36,131 nucleotides of DNA from an uncultured Hyphomicrobiaceae bacterium (GTDB lineage Bacteria; Pseudomonadota; Alphaproteobacteria; Rhizobiales; Rhodomicrobiaceae), in the NCBI GenBank assembly GCA_964474225.1, contig CAYYSM010000001.1, forward strand, positions 1 to 36,131. Reading direction: 5' to 3'. The position numbers were made by a program, and so were the translations under genes. Positions 28,590 through 36,131 of the stretch are shown piece after piece; position 1 is the stretch's first letter; each line of letters begins with the position of its first letter. Under the pieces are notes generated by a model. The model searched no databases, was not told where the DNA came from, and saw only the letters and a program-made list of their open reading frames with translations.

Positions 28590-28606
28590 AAACCTCTCCA
28601 AGCATC

Positions 28607-30124
28607 CTATGTTTCAAGTGAATGTCCCAACCGGATTGTAACCTCGTTCACCCCAAGTATAACAGCAACCAGGACAGCGCCATAAGTCCCCATGAGCCGA
28701 GGCGCAGCCACGCTTGAGACTAGTATAACGACATAGCCCATCGTAAGGCCAACAGCCAGGCTCCGCAAAATGTTATCCTCTAGTGTATACCAGGCAAATA
28801 TCCCCCTGATAAGAAAAATGATTGAGAACCACAAGAAGGGCAGAAAGCCGACGATCCCAAAGTCCACAAGAAGCCAAAGATAAGCATTGTGAATATAGTA
28901 ATCCATGGAATCTCCACCCAACGCCTCAACATAAGGACGGTAGGCCGCTCCCGGACCAATCCCCAAAAAAGGATACTTGCGGATCGATCTCATAGCATAC
29001 TCATTTTCCAACAGCCGCCACTGTGTCGAGTGATCGTACACCAGCTCGTCTCCAGCAAAAAGCGACGTAAATCTGAGCGTAAGCGCCTCAAAAACAGTCC
29101 CAATCTTTGGGATATAGGCGTTCAAAAGAGAACCAAGCAAAATAGCGCCAATGAGCAACATGGATACTAGCAAAAGAATACGACTGCCTTCAGTGCGGAC
29201 GATAAGCGCTAATAAGACGCTTGCAATCGCGATACCTACCCACAGGTTCCGATCGAAGGTGAAAGCGATCGCCAGAGGAAAAAGCAAAAGGGGTATATAC
29301 AAGAGCCATTTCTGTCTTTGCATATACGTTGATGAGACATAAAGCAGAAGTGTGGGAAAGAGCATCACACAGATCATCACTCCCCCAGATGACGGAAGCC
29401 GAGCCACCCCCACCAATTCTTGCCCCAACGCCGTGGCATTACCTAGTTGTTCTCGGTTAGGTAGAATACTCACTGTCGATCCCAAAGCCTGCTGCACCAC
29501 CATAAGGCCCGCGATGACGGTCGCTATGACTAGCATACCACCCACTAACGTCATCAGTTGTCGGCGGGTTCTGATCAAGTTGGTAATCGCAAAGAACAGT
29601 AGGTACACCAACATCGTCTTCAAGACAAAATTTCTGAACATTGAGACCGTGCCAAGGTTGTGCTTGGCATTTAAAAACGAGACGATGGTCGCACCAATAA
29701 AAAGAAATACAGGCCGGTCAAGGGGAGTGTGCATAAAGCCCTCTTCGCTTGACAAACGGTCGATTATCACAAGAACCAAGAGAAAAAGCACTAGTAGTTC
29801 AGCAGACGCGAAGCCAAAAAGATAGGGGAGCGATCTGACGTCGAATAGGATTCCAGAAATAGTTAGCAAAGCCAAAAACACAAACTCGACGCCGCAAAGC
29901 GCCAAGAGAAAGAGAACTATGCCCGCAAGTGCAGCCTCCACAAATCTAAGCTCAAGCTTGAAAGCTAAAATACCAGAAGCAACCGCCAAGACGAGTGTCA
30001 TCACTGCCAAGGATGGCACGCTCCAGGGGCTCAATCTGGAAAGCCCCCCTAGTAAAGCGGATGAAAAAGACTGCCACAATTGAGGAGCTGACTTGAACCT
30101 TGATCTGAGGTTATCTATCTGCAT
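28607..30124 (-). CDS. O-antigen ligase / Wzy_C family membrane protein (ligase, oligosaccharyltransferase or polymerase)
   Basis: Polytopic, with TFDRNLW and a large loop carrying R...YPFLGIGPG...HNAYLWLLVDFGIVG. Confidence 0.88.
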   Translation of the reverse strand: MQIDNLRSRFKSAPQLWQSFSSALLGGLSRLSPWSVPSLAVMTLVLAVASGILAFKLELRFVEAALAGIVLFLLALCGVEFVFLALLTISGILFDVRSLPYLFGFASAELLVLFLLVLVIIDRLSSEEGFMHTPLDRPVFLFIGATIVSFLNAKHNLGTVSMFRNFVLKTMLVYLLFFAITNLIRTRRQLMTLVGGMLVIATVIAGLMVVQQALGSTVSILPNREQLGNATALGQELVGVARLPSSGGVMICVMLFPTLLLYVSSTYMQRQKWLLYIPLLLFPLAIAFTFDRNLWVGIAIASVLLALIVRTEGSRILLLVSMLLIGAILLGSLLNAYIPKIGTVFEALTLRFTSLFAGDELVYDHSTQWRLLENEYAMRSIRKYPFLGIGPGAAYRPYVEALGGDSMDYYIHNAYLWLLVDFGIVGFLPFLWFSIIFLIRGIFAWYTLEDNILRSLAVGLTMGYVVILVSSVAAPRLMGTYGAVLVAVILGVNEVTIRLGHSLET

Positions 30125-30128
30125 ACAA

Positions 30129-32999
30129 CTAACCCGACTGTGACCGGAATCGCCATAGTCCCAGTAAAAGCATCACCACTACGGTCATACCTGTGATGCC
30201 GATAAAGGCCATCACCCAGACCGGTAAATTGACTCCTGCTTTCCCTTCACCAGGGGACATCGCGGTTGGCGTAGATGTAAGCACGCTAGGATCTTCGGTT
30301 TCAAGGGTCGGCGTGACTGTGGGGGTACTTACTGGCGTCAACTCTGGAACCGCCGTAAGCAAGGTGGCAGCCTGACCGCTACTGGTCAGCCGCCGGGTAT
30401 CAAAGGAACGGACTTCAAAACCCTCCTCAGCCTCACGTACCAAGGCCAAATTGCCGCTAAAGCGCCAGGCCTGACGGTTAAGCGCGGACGCGGCCCAGGC
30501 GACGCCTTTATCGCTGGTGCCCGTAACGACGAGAAAAGCCAACGTTTCATTCCAGGGTGATGGGAACTCCTGGACATAGCCCAGAGAAACGTCGGGCGGC
30601 AAGCGGAGGATCAACTTGCCCAGCCGGTTTTCCACCTCGTCGGCGCCGGGGATAAATGGCTGCGGTAAGGAACTGTTGATCTCCTGGATGACGGGGTTGC
30701 GCGTGGGGCGACCGATGGCCACAATGTAGTAATCCTGTAGCCTGGTCGAAGCGGACGCTTCCCCCAATGAAACTGTCAGGTTGGTTCCATCGCCCCCGGA
30801 AGCCCCTCCAAGTGCAAAAGCCATTTGCAAAGATGCCTCCAATTCAACCGGGCTGGGGTCAAGAGGAAGCATGAAAAGCACGTCACCCAGATCCGGTTGC
30901 GTGTTGAAGGGGAATGGGAAATCATCGAGATCCAGAATCTGATCGACGTTCGTCACCTGCTGACCTAGATGCAGCGAAGAAAGTCGGGAGACACTCACCC
31001 ACGCCTGGTCGATAGGGATATTTTCACATACCTCGTCCCCCCTCATTTGCATCGCTGGTCGGATGGAGACTCTATTGCGCGCACCGGGTTTGAGATACGT
31101 GCTGGGTATATCGATCAGCAAATCGTCGGCATCCTCCTCAACAAGAGGTATGGTGGCCACCGGGGCGCCGTTGAGCAAAATGGTCAACGCAGAGCTTTCC
31201 ACATCTATAGCCTGGGAGTGGTTAAAAATTAGGCGCAAATACGCCTCGTTCGTATCATGCCAGCCCCGAGGGACGTCGAACCAATAATCAAGGAGTGGGG
31301 CGCGTGGATGGAAACCGTAAGTCGTTCGATCCCCGTATCCCAAATCAGCAAAGGTGAATGCCGTTTCCAGAGGCTCAATAGTCGGCGGGGCAGAGCGAAC
31401 CTCCTTCACCAACGCAGCCGGACCCTCCATCCCAAAAAGGTCGGCCCGCAGGTCGAGAGCCTGACCGGCTTTGTGGACGGCTGCGTCGCTCAGGCCAGTG
31501 ATCAGCAGGATCACTTTCTGAGGATCCCGGGGAAAGAGAAGTTCCTGAAGCACGCCGTCCTCCTCAAATGCTGGCTGCTCATCCTGGACAAAGAAGAAGT
31601 CACTCTGGGCGCCCAAGGTCACTTCTGTCGCGTCTCCCTCACCAACAGATGAAGCCAGGGAAGTGACATTTACGGGCTTTCGCGCTCTATCGACTAGAAT
31701 GGCTTGGTTCTCCAGCGTCTGAATCGTCGGAGAAAAACTCACCGTTTCGGTAAGCTGGAGCATTAGAGAGAAAGAGAGACGCGCCCCCGGAGATAGCGAT
31801 GGCAAAGACCAGTAAGCCTCCCGTCCTTGATCCCCAACTCGCTCTCTGCACGTATCTGGTTGACAACTCACCAGATCAGCCTGAGGTGGCAGGTGATCGA
31901 TGAGCGTAAGGCCTTGCACACGAGCAGAAGTCGTGTTTGTGAGGCTGATGGTATAGGTGAAAATATCTCCGGGCTTAACGGCCCTCGGCCCTCGACTGCT
32001 CAGCTTCAATTCTCTATCGCGCATTGACATGGGAAACGAAACACCTTCGTCGTCGCGGAGCCAGGTCAGCAGTCGGTTGCGATCAGGTCGTCCAATCACA
32101 AATAGATGTTCAGGAGCGATTCGATCAGCTTCCATCATCCTCAGCCAATCTACGTCGGTAGTGGCACTGATGACCATATTGCCCCCGGCCATATCTCCCA
32201 ATCCGGCAGCGACGACGGCCGCTGTTCGAATCTCCGCTTCGGAGGGCTGCTCAGGCAGGATGAACTGCACATAATCCGGTTCGAAGGACCATTGAGAGAA
32301 AGGGCGAGGGTAAGCGGCTAAATCTAACGTGGGCGACGTCAGCGTGTAGTTCAAAGAAAGAGTGGACTGGGGGTGAATCACCAGCTTGCCGATATGGGCC
32401 GTATCACATAAAAACCAGGCATTGAGCGTAACGACAATCTCGTGGCGGTCGCCAGGCTTTTCGTTGAACAAGCTAGGTGGCAGATCTACGCGCCAATGCC
32501 CACGATCAAACGAGGCATCGTTCAACGCATAGGCGCCCAGCAGCGAGCCATCAACCGAAATCGATAGCTCACCAAATTGGTTTAGCGTCACATCCTCTTT
32601 TTGCTCCAGCTCGGTGAAAAAATAACTGAACTCAAGGTCTAAGGTGCTGCCAGGCGCCACCACCCAATTTTGAGGCAATCTAAACGCATATGTCTCCTGT
32701 TCCAAGGGGCTTTCCAACGTCTCTTCATCATACCCCAACTCATCGAAAGTGATTCGGAAATTGGATACAGAGAGGGTTTGGCGCTTTGCATCGATAAGAT
32801 TCTCCCCAGAGACTTCAGGTTGGAATCTATGTACGCGATTGACGTGAAAACCACGCGAAATGGGAGAGGCCCATACCGTGACACTCTCGCGACCTGCTGA
32901 AAACGTGAGTAGCAAAAGGAAAGCTAATTCCACTATCCTTGTCAACTCAGCGATCCTTCGACTATGCTCGGGATAAGCTCGCCGATTTTCTAAACTCAT
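30129..32999 (-). CDS. BcsB-like (cellulose synthase regulatory subunit-like) protein with an inserted DUF11-like domain and a C-terminal TM anchor
   Basis: Two tandem CBD/flavodoxin-like repeats (ITFDELGY...FRLPQNW and FTFADLGY...FDVPRGW; DLAAYPRPF and DLDDFPFPF; VIGRPDRN and AIGRPTRN), a Thr/Pro-rich stalk and a terminal TM helix followed by RFR. The start overlaps the upstream stop (ATGA). Confidence 0.8.
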   Translation of the reverse strand: MSLENRRAYPEHSRRIAELTRIVELAFLLLLTFSAGRESVTVWASPISRGFHVNRVHRFQPEVSGENLIDAKRQTLSVSNFRITFDELGYDEETLESPLEQETYAFRLPQNWVVAPGSTLDLEFSYFFTELEQKEDVTLNQFGELSISVDGSLLGAYALNDASFDRGHWRVDLPPSLFNEKPGDRHEIVVTLNAWFLCDTAHIGKLVIHPQSTLSLNYTLTSPTLDLAAYPRPFSQWSFEPDYVQFILPEQPSEAEIRTAAVVAAGLGDMAGGNMVISATTDVDWLRMMEADRIAPEHLFVIGRPDRNRLLTWLRDDEGVSFPMSMRDRELKLSSRGPRAVKPGDIFTYTISLTNTTSARVQGLTLIDHLPPQADLVSCQPDTCRERVGDQGREAYWSLPSLSPGARLSFSLMLQLTETVSFSPTIQTLENQAILVDRARKPVNVTSLASSVGEGDATEVTLGAQSDFFFVQDEQPAFEEDGVLQELLFPRDPQKVILLITGLSDAAVHKAGQALDLRADLFGMEGPAALVKEVRSAPPTIEPLETAFTFADLGYGDRTTYGFHPRAPLLDYWFDVPRGWHDTNEAYLRLIFNHSQAIDVESSALTILLNGAPVATIPLVEEDADDLLIDIPSTYLKPGARNRVSIRPAMQMRGDEVCENIPIDQAWVSVSRLSSLHLGQQVTNVDQILDLDDFPFPFNTQPDLGDVLFMLPLDPSPVELEASLQMAFALGGASGGDGTNLTVSLGEASASTRLQDYYIVAIGRPTRNPVIQEINSSLPQPFIPGADEVENRLGKLILRLPPDVSLGYVQEFPSPWNETLAFLVVTGTSDKGVAWAASALNRQAWRFSGNLALVREAEEGFEVRSFDTRRLTSSGQAATLLTAVPELTPVSTPTVTPTLETEDPSVLTSTPTAMSPGEGKAGVNLPVWVMAFIGITGMTVVVMLLLGLWRFRSQSG
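32954..32978. repeat. Short REP-like repeat (TCCTTCGACTATGCTCGGGATAAGC) embedded in-frame near the start of the BcsB-like gene
   Basis: Resembles, from recall only, the dispersed CCCTTCGACTNNGCTCAGGACAAGC repeat that translates as 'ACPERSRR'; here it reads AYPEHSRR. Single copy in the window. Confidence 0.5.
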
Positions 33000-34111
33000 T
33001 CGTCATCCCGGAGTAAATAGACCTTGCCATAGCCCTCATCTCGGGCCCGTTGCAGGGTATCCGACAGCTTGGAGACAAGTTCATCGTGGCTGGCGCCGTT
33101 AAGGTCATAGGCCACGATACCAGAACTGGGCATTAGGTTAAGTTTAACATGGCCATCAAGCTCAAAAACGTTCCATTCGATCCGATTGTGTAAACTCCTC
33201 AGCACCTGCTGGGCATCTGGGCCCGTAGTGTCAGGGAAAAGCAAGGCGAACGTATCACCCTCGTAACGGGCCACCAAATCCTCATCCCGCAGGTATTGCT
33301 TCAAGAAAACCCCCATTCGGCGCAGAGCATCGTTCCGCAAGTGAGGCTCCATCCCAGGCGCCGCGTCGAGGTTCTCAATGCTCATCAATGCCAGGGACAG
33401 GGGGCGCTGATGACGTCGCGCCCTACTTAGCTCCTCGCTCAACCTCTGCAAGAAGTAGTAACGATTGTAGATGCCGGTGCCAGGATCCAGGATATTCAGG
33501 CCAGTCGTTATCCCCTCCGAAGAACGTAAGTAGTCTAACAAGAAAGCGGATCCAATCCCAATGACCAATCCCAGAAGGGCGGAGAGCACGAAGTTCTCTG
33601 TTTTTTGAGGTTTTGAAGGCGATCTAGGAACATAGGCCGTGTCTAGGGGCTTCATGTCGTAGATCTCATAGAGACTCTCCGCATATTCAATGGTCTGGAT
33701 CCCTATTTCATCGGCTATCTTTTTCGCCAGTTCTGGATCATCGCTTCCAACAGAAATCTTTATGATGTTTGTGGAGGGAATCAGTTCACTGCTAACGTGT
33801 AAATGGGCTCTTTGGTCCTCGGTGATGGCCAACTCATTGAAAACAGCGCCCCGGATGGTGCTACTGGCGGCGATCTCCACATAAGTCGACATCACCCCTT
33901 CGCGTCTGCTGATGGAGGATAATCCCCTGATTACATCATAAGGGTCATCACCGAACATAGCACTAGGGCTGACAATAAAAGTAGCTTCTGTGAGGTAGAT
34001 CGGCGTTTGAGTATACGTGATGACCAACCCCACGCTCACAGACACCAGAACAGCCGGCAAGATGAGCCACCAGCCCTTCCGCAGAATCTGCAAATATCGC
34101 CTCAGTTCCAT
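32996..34111 (-). CDS. Wzz/CapA-type polysaccharide co-polymerase fused to a degenerate GGDEF domain (RxxD I-site intact)
   Basis: The Wzz part shows MELRRYLQILRKGWWLI-TM-TPIYLTEATFIV, TNIIKISV...DPELAKKIAD and PRSPSKPQKTEN-TM. The GGDEF part shows DPGTGIYNR...LRDEDLVARYEGDTF. RBS GGAGGGAGTGGGG. Confidence 0.9.
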   Translation of the reverse strand: MELRRYLQILRKGWWLILPAVLVSVSVGLVITYTQTPIYLTEATFIVSPSAMFGDDPYDVIRGLSSISRREGVMSTYVEIAASSTIRGAVFNELAITEDQRAHLHVSSELIPSTNIIKISVGSDDPELAKKIADEIGIQTIEYAESLYEIYDMKPLDTAYVPRSPSKPQKTENFVLSALLGLVIGIGSAFLLDYLRSSEGITTGLNILDPGTGIYNRYYFLQRLSEELSRARRHQRPLSLALMSIENLDAAPGMEPHLRNDALRRMGVFLKQYLRDEDLVARYEGDTFALLFPDTTGPDAQQVLRSLHNRIEWNVFELDGHVKLNLMPSSGIVAYDLNGASHDELVSKLSDTLQRARDEGYGKVYLLRDDE

Positions 34112-34124
34112 TCCCCACTCCCTC

Positions 34125-34277
34125 CAGTTAAATCTGATGTTTAACTGATCACCGACTTTAACGACCCTATGAACACAATGATGTCTATCCGAAACATCAC
34201 AACTGTTCTATTCTATTATAAAACCTAGAAGTGACAAGTGAGTAACGAGAAGGTAAAAAACTCTATAGTTTTTTACC
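34125..34277 (-). promoter_or_regulatory. Putative promoter/leader of the glycan operon: TATAAT box, upstream 11-bp perfect inverted repeat and leader hairpins
   Basis: TATAAT on the minus strand at 34215-34220 with no consensus -35 at 17 bp. GGTAAAAAACT-N4-AGTTTTTTACC at 34252-34277. Hairpins at 34171-34208 and 34125-34147. Confidence 0.5.
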
Positions 34278-34469
34278 AACCACCATATGCGAGGATTACC
34301 TCCGAAAGAGGGTTTCCCGCTACATCCAGAGGCCATGGCAATGTAGAAAAACACAGAAAACCCAAAATTTATAATTTCTTTACCAAACATACACCGCTTA
34401 AAAACAATAAAACGATATACTGATTTAAAAATGTGATCGACACTCAGGCTCTTAAAAGCCAGCTTAACC

Positions 34470-34621
34470 CAGGGCTGTTCAGTTCTACCTGAAACTGGAA
34501 AAAATGGACAGGATTGACAAGATTAACAGGATAAAAATAAAGCAAAATCTTGTAAATCCTGTTAATCCTGTCTAAAAAACACGTATTTTGAGCTGTGACT
34601 TTTTAGAACTGAACAACCCTG
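34470..34621. mobile_element. 152-bp MITE with ISAs1-like CAGGG termini
   Basis: Terminal inverted repeats CAGGGCTGTTCAGTTCTA / TAGAACTGAACAACCCTG (17/18). Flanking direct repeats CAGCTTAACC (34460-34469) and TAGCTTAACC (34622-34631). No transposase. Confidence 0.8.
34507..34572. repeat. Palindrome built from 9-bp periodic ACAGGATTA-type units, inside the MITE
   Basis: GACAGGATTGACAAGATTAACAGGAT-N14-ATCTTGTAAATCCTGTTAATCCTGTC; the arms match at 22/26 positions. Confidence 0.85.
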
Positions 34622-34780
34622 TAGCTTAACCAATTAAACCTGACCAACCAAGTGTCTCTACATCTAAAAATGACCTGGTAGTCAGTAGCTCTCCCTATGG
34701 CTATTGGCCCACTCAACGGCTAAGGGTGGAGCTACCGGAAGTATCCGATAAAGATGTATCTGAATTGTGGAGGTAATCTG

Positions 34781-36131
34781 GTGTTAAAATTAAACAAACT
34801 ATTATCGACAACCATACTGTCCCTGGTCCTGACCCTCTTGGCTCTATCGAGCCTTGCGTTGGCCGACGATCAACCAGACGGCACGACCATAGATCCTACA
34901 CAGGATGAGGATGGCACCTGGGGGCCTGGGACGATCACAGCGACAGCGGATGTAACTATTGACGCTGGTGTGGTTATCACTCTTGCGGCCAATACGACCA
35001 TCAAAGTTGCGGATGGCGTTGGAATCAACAACAACGGCAAGTTTTACAGTGAAGGCCCTATCACCTTTACCACAGCGACTACGCCAGCCATTCCAGGCGC
35101 CTGGGATGGCATCACGTATACACCGGGCAGCAGTGGTTACTTGAATCAGGCCATCGTTGAATATGGGGTTCACGCGATCATCCTTGATACTTCCCAACCT
35201 ATCACCATCTCCAATAGCACCATTCGCTATAATCGATATATGCCCCCTTCAGGGGAAGACGCCTTTGGCGCTGGTATCGCTATTCTTAGGGGTTCTCATC
35301 TAATCACATTCTGTCAAGTCTATGAGAACATATTAGTTGGTCAGGGGAACGGTGGAAACGCCTATGGTGGTGGTATTGATGTTCGAGGGCCCGGCTCAAA
35401 AATTATTGACTCACTCATTTACGGTAACATGATCACCTCCACCAACGTGGCGGCGGTTGGCAGTGGTATTGCCATTAGGGGCGACAACAACACCACACTT
35501 GTTAAAGGATGTGAAGTGACCACTAATACTCTCTATGCCCCTAACCGTACATCATCTTACAACAGTGGCCACGGAGCAGGCATTGGTATTCAGGGAAAAA
35601 CTGCGACGGTGATTCACGGTAACTGGATTGCCAACAACCTGAATCATGCTTTGTTTTCATACGGCGGTGGGATTGGTTTTGACATGAATGCTCATGCCAA
35701 ACTTATCGATAGTAACGTAATTATCAATAATCAATCACATGGGGACACAGTAGCTCAAGGTGGTGGGATTGGGACCTCGCGCTATAATGCTTTAACAATC
35801 ACCAATAACCTGGTCTATAGTAATTTGGCTACTCCGCTAGGCAGTTGGGGAGTTCGAGGGGGGGGGATATATGCCAATGCCGATAATGAAGGGGATGTAA
35901 ACGTACTCAACAATACTGTAATTAACAATGAATCTACAGATGGAGGAGGCATATACTTACGTAGGCTTGCCTCAGCACATAACAATATCGTTGCATATAA
36001 TAGTGCTGATAACCGAGGAGGCGGTATATATAGTCACTCTGCCGTGACAACTACCTTGGTTGATTACAACAACGTCTTTAACAACACAGCGCCAAACTCC
36101 CCAAACTGGTACAACATAGCTGTTGGCAACA
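34781..36131 (+). CDS. Secreted right-handed parallel beta-helix repeat protein (Pmp-like GGGI repeats); 3' end lies outside the window (>=450 aa)
   Basis: Not in the ORF track; translated by hand. GTG at 34781 follows GGAGGT, and the frame is open to the end. Signal peptide MLKLNKLLSTTILSLVLTLLALSSLALA, ITFTT...PGAWDGI, and repeated GAGI/GGGI/GSGI turns with NN ladders. Confidence 0.88.
   Translation, partial: MLKLNKLLSTTILSLVLTLLALSSLALADDQPDGTTIDPTQDEDGTWGPGTITATADVTIDAGVVITLAANTTIKVADGVGINNNGKFYSEGPITFTTATTPAIPGAWDGITYTPGSSGYLNQAIVEYGVHAIILDTSQPITISNSTIRYNRYMPPSGEDAFGAGIAILRGSHLITFCQVYENILVGQGNGGNAYGGGIDVRGPGSKIIDSLIYGNMITSTNVAAVGSGIAIRGDNNTTLVKGCEVTTNTLYAPNRTSSYNSGHGAGIGIQGKTATVIHGNWIANNLNHALFSYGGGIGFDMNAHAKLIDSNVIINNQSHGDTVAQGGGIGTSRYNALTITNNLVYSNLATPLGSWGVRGGGIYANADNEGDVNVLNNTVINNESTDGGGIYLRRLASAHNNIVAYNSADNRGGGIYSHSAVTTTLVDYNNVFNNTAPNSPNWYNIAVGN

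Noticed and set aside
30129-32999. Canonical cellulose (bcs) operon
   Set aside because: No bcsA, bcsZ or bcsC is present, and the only GT2 is a small soluble enzyme without TM helices or QxxRW.
2479-33884. Many 60-185 aa antisense or alternate-frame ORFs inside cluster genes
   Set aside because: They largely overlap well-supported genes and show no family motifs.
34289-34346. Two adjacent hairpins (one with a CGAAA loop), considered as a c-di-GMP-I riboswitch
   Set aside because: They lack the GCAAAC / GACGCAAAGC core and tetraloop receptor. An Rfam scan would settle it.
34507-34572. Periodic repeats considered as a CRISPR array
   Set aside because: The units are 9 bp with no spacers, are arranged as a palindrome, and have no cas genes nearby.
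34208-35197. Track ORFs 34208-34390, 34238-34423, 34844-35197 and 34959-35144
   Set aside because: They lie in the promoter region or overlap the real plus-strand ORF starting at 34781.
35858-35866. G9 tract (also C8 at 64-71) as phase-variation sites
   Set aside because: Both are in frame and encode Gly-Gly-Gly, in one case part of a recurring GGGI motif. There is no evidence of slippage without reads.

Overview
This window probably comes from a Chloroflexota (Anaerolineae-like) genome; that assignment is inferred from a C-terminal VYLPLIVR motif and the gene content. Most of it (2293-34111, minus strand) is one co-oriented cluster for a surface glycan, with 24 intact genes and 2 gene remnants. 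The cluster opens with an unusual assembly/export module. It has a Wzz/CapA-type co-polymerase fused to a degenerate GGDEF domain that keeps its RxxD I-site, a BcsB-like protein with no BcsA in the window, an O-antigen-ligase/Wzy-family membrane protein and Wzm/Wzt. After it come six glycosyltransferases and many tailoring enzymes: a pyruvyl-transferase-like plus FrhB-like pair, two sulfotransferases plus a remnant, two CE4 deacetylases (one apparently circularly permuted), two FemAB-like proteins, an ATP-grasp ligase, an AsnB-like protein lacking its N-terminal Cys, a CapK-like adenylating enzyme, an EEP phosphoesterase and a secreted beta-helix protein. Two large secreted proteins flank the cluster, run off the window ends and are absent from the supplied ORF track. 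The left one (<1-1949, minus) resembles animal-type transglutaminases and carries Ca-binding and SdrD-B-like domains. The right one (34781->36131, plus) is a beta-helix repeat protein. Traces of rearrangement include a 127-bp direct repeat bracketing one deacetylase gene, a truncated sulfotransferase and an ISAs1-like MITE in the divergent promoter region. All calls come from manual motif reading; no searches were run.
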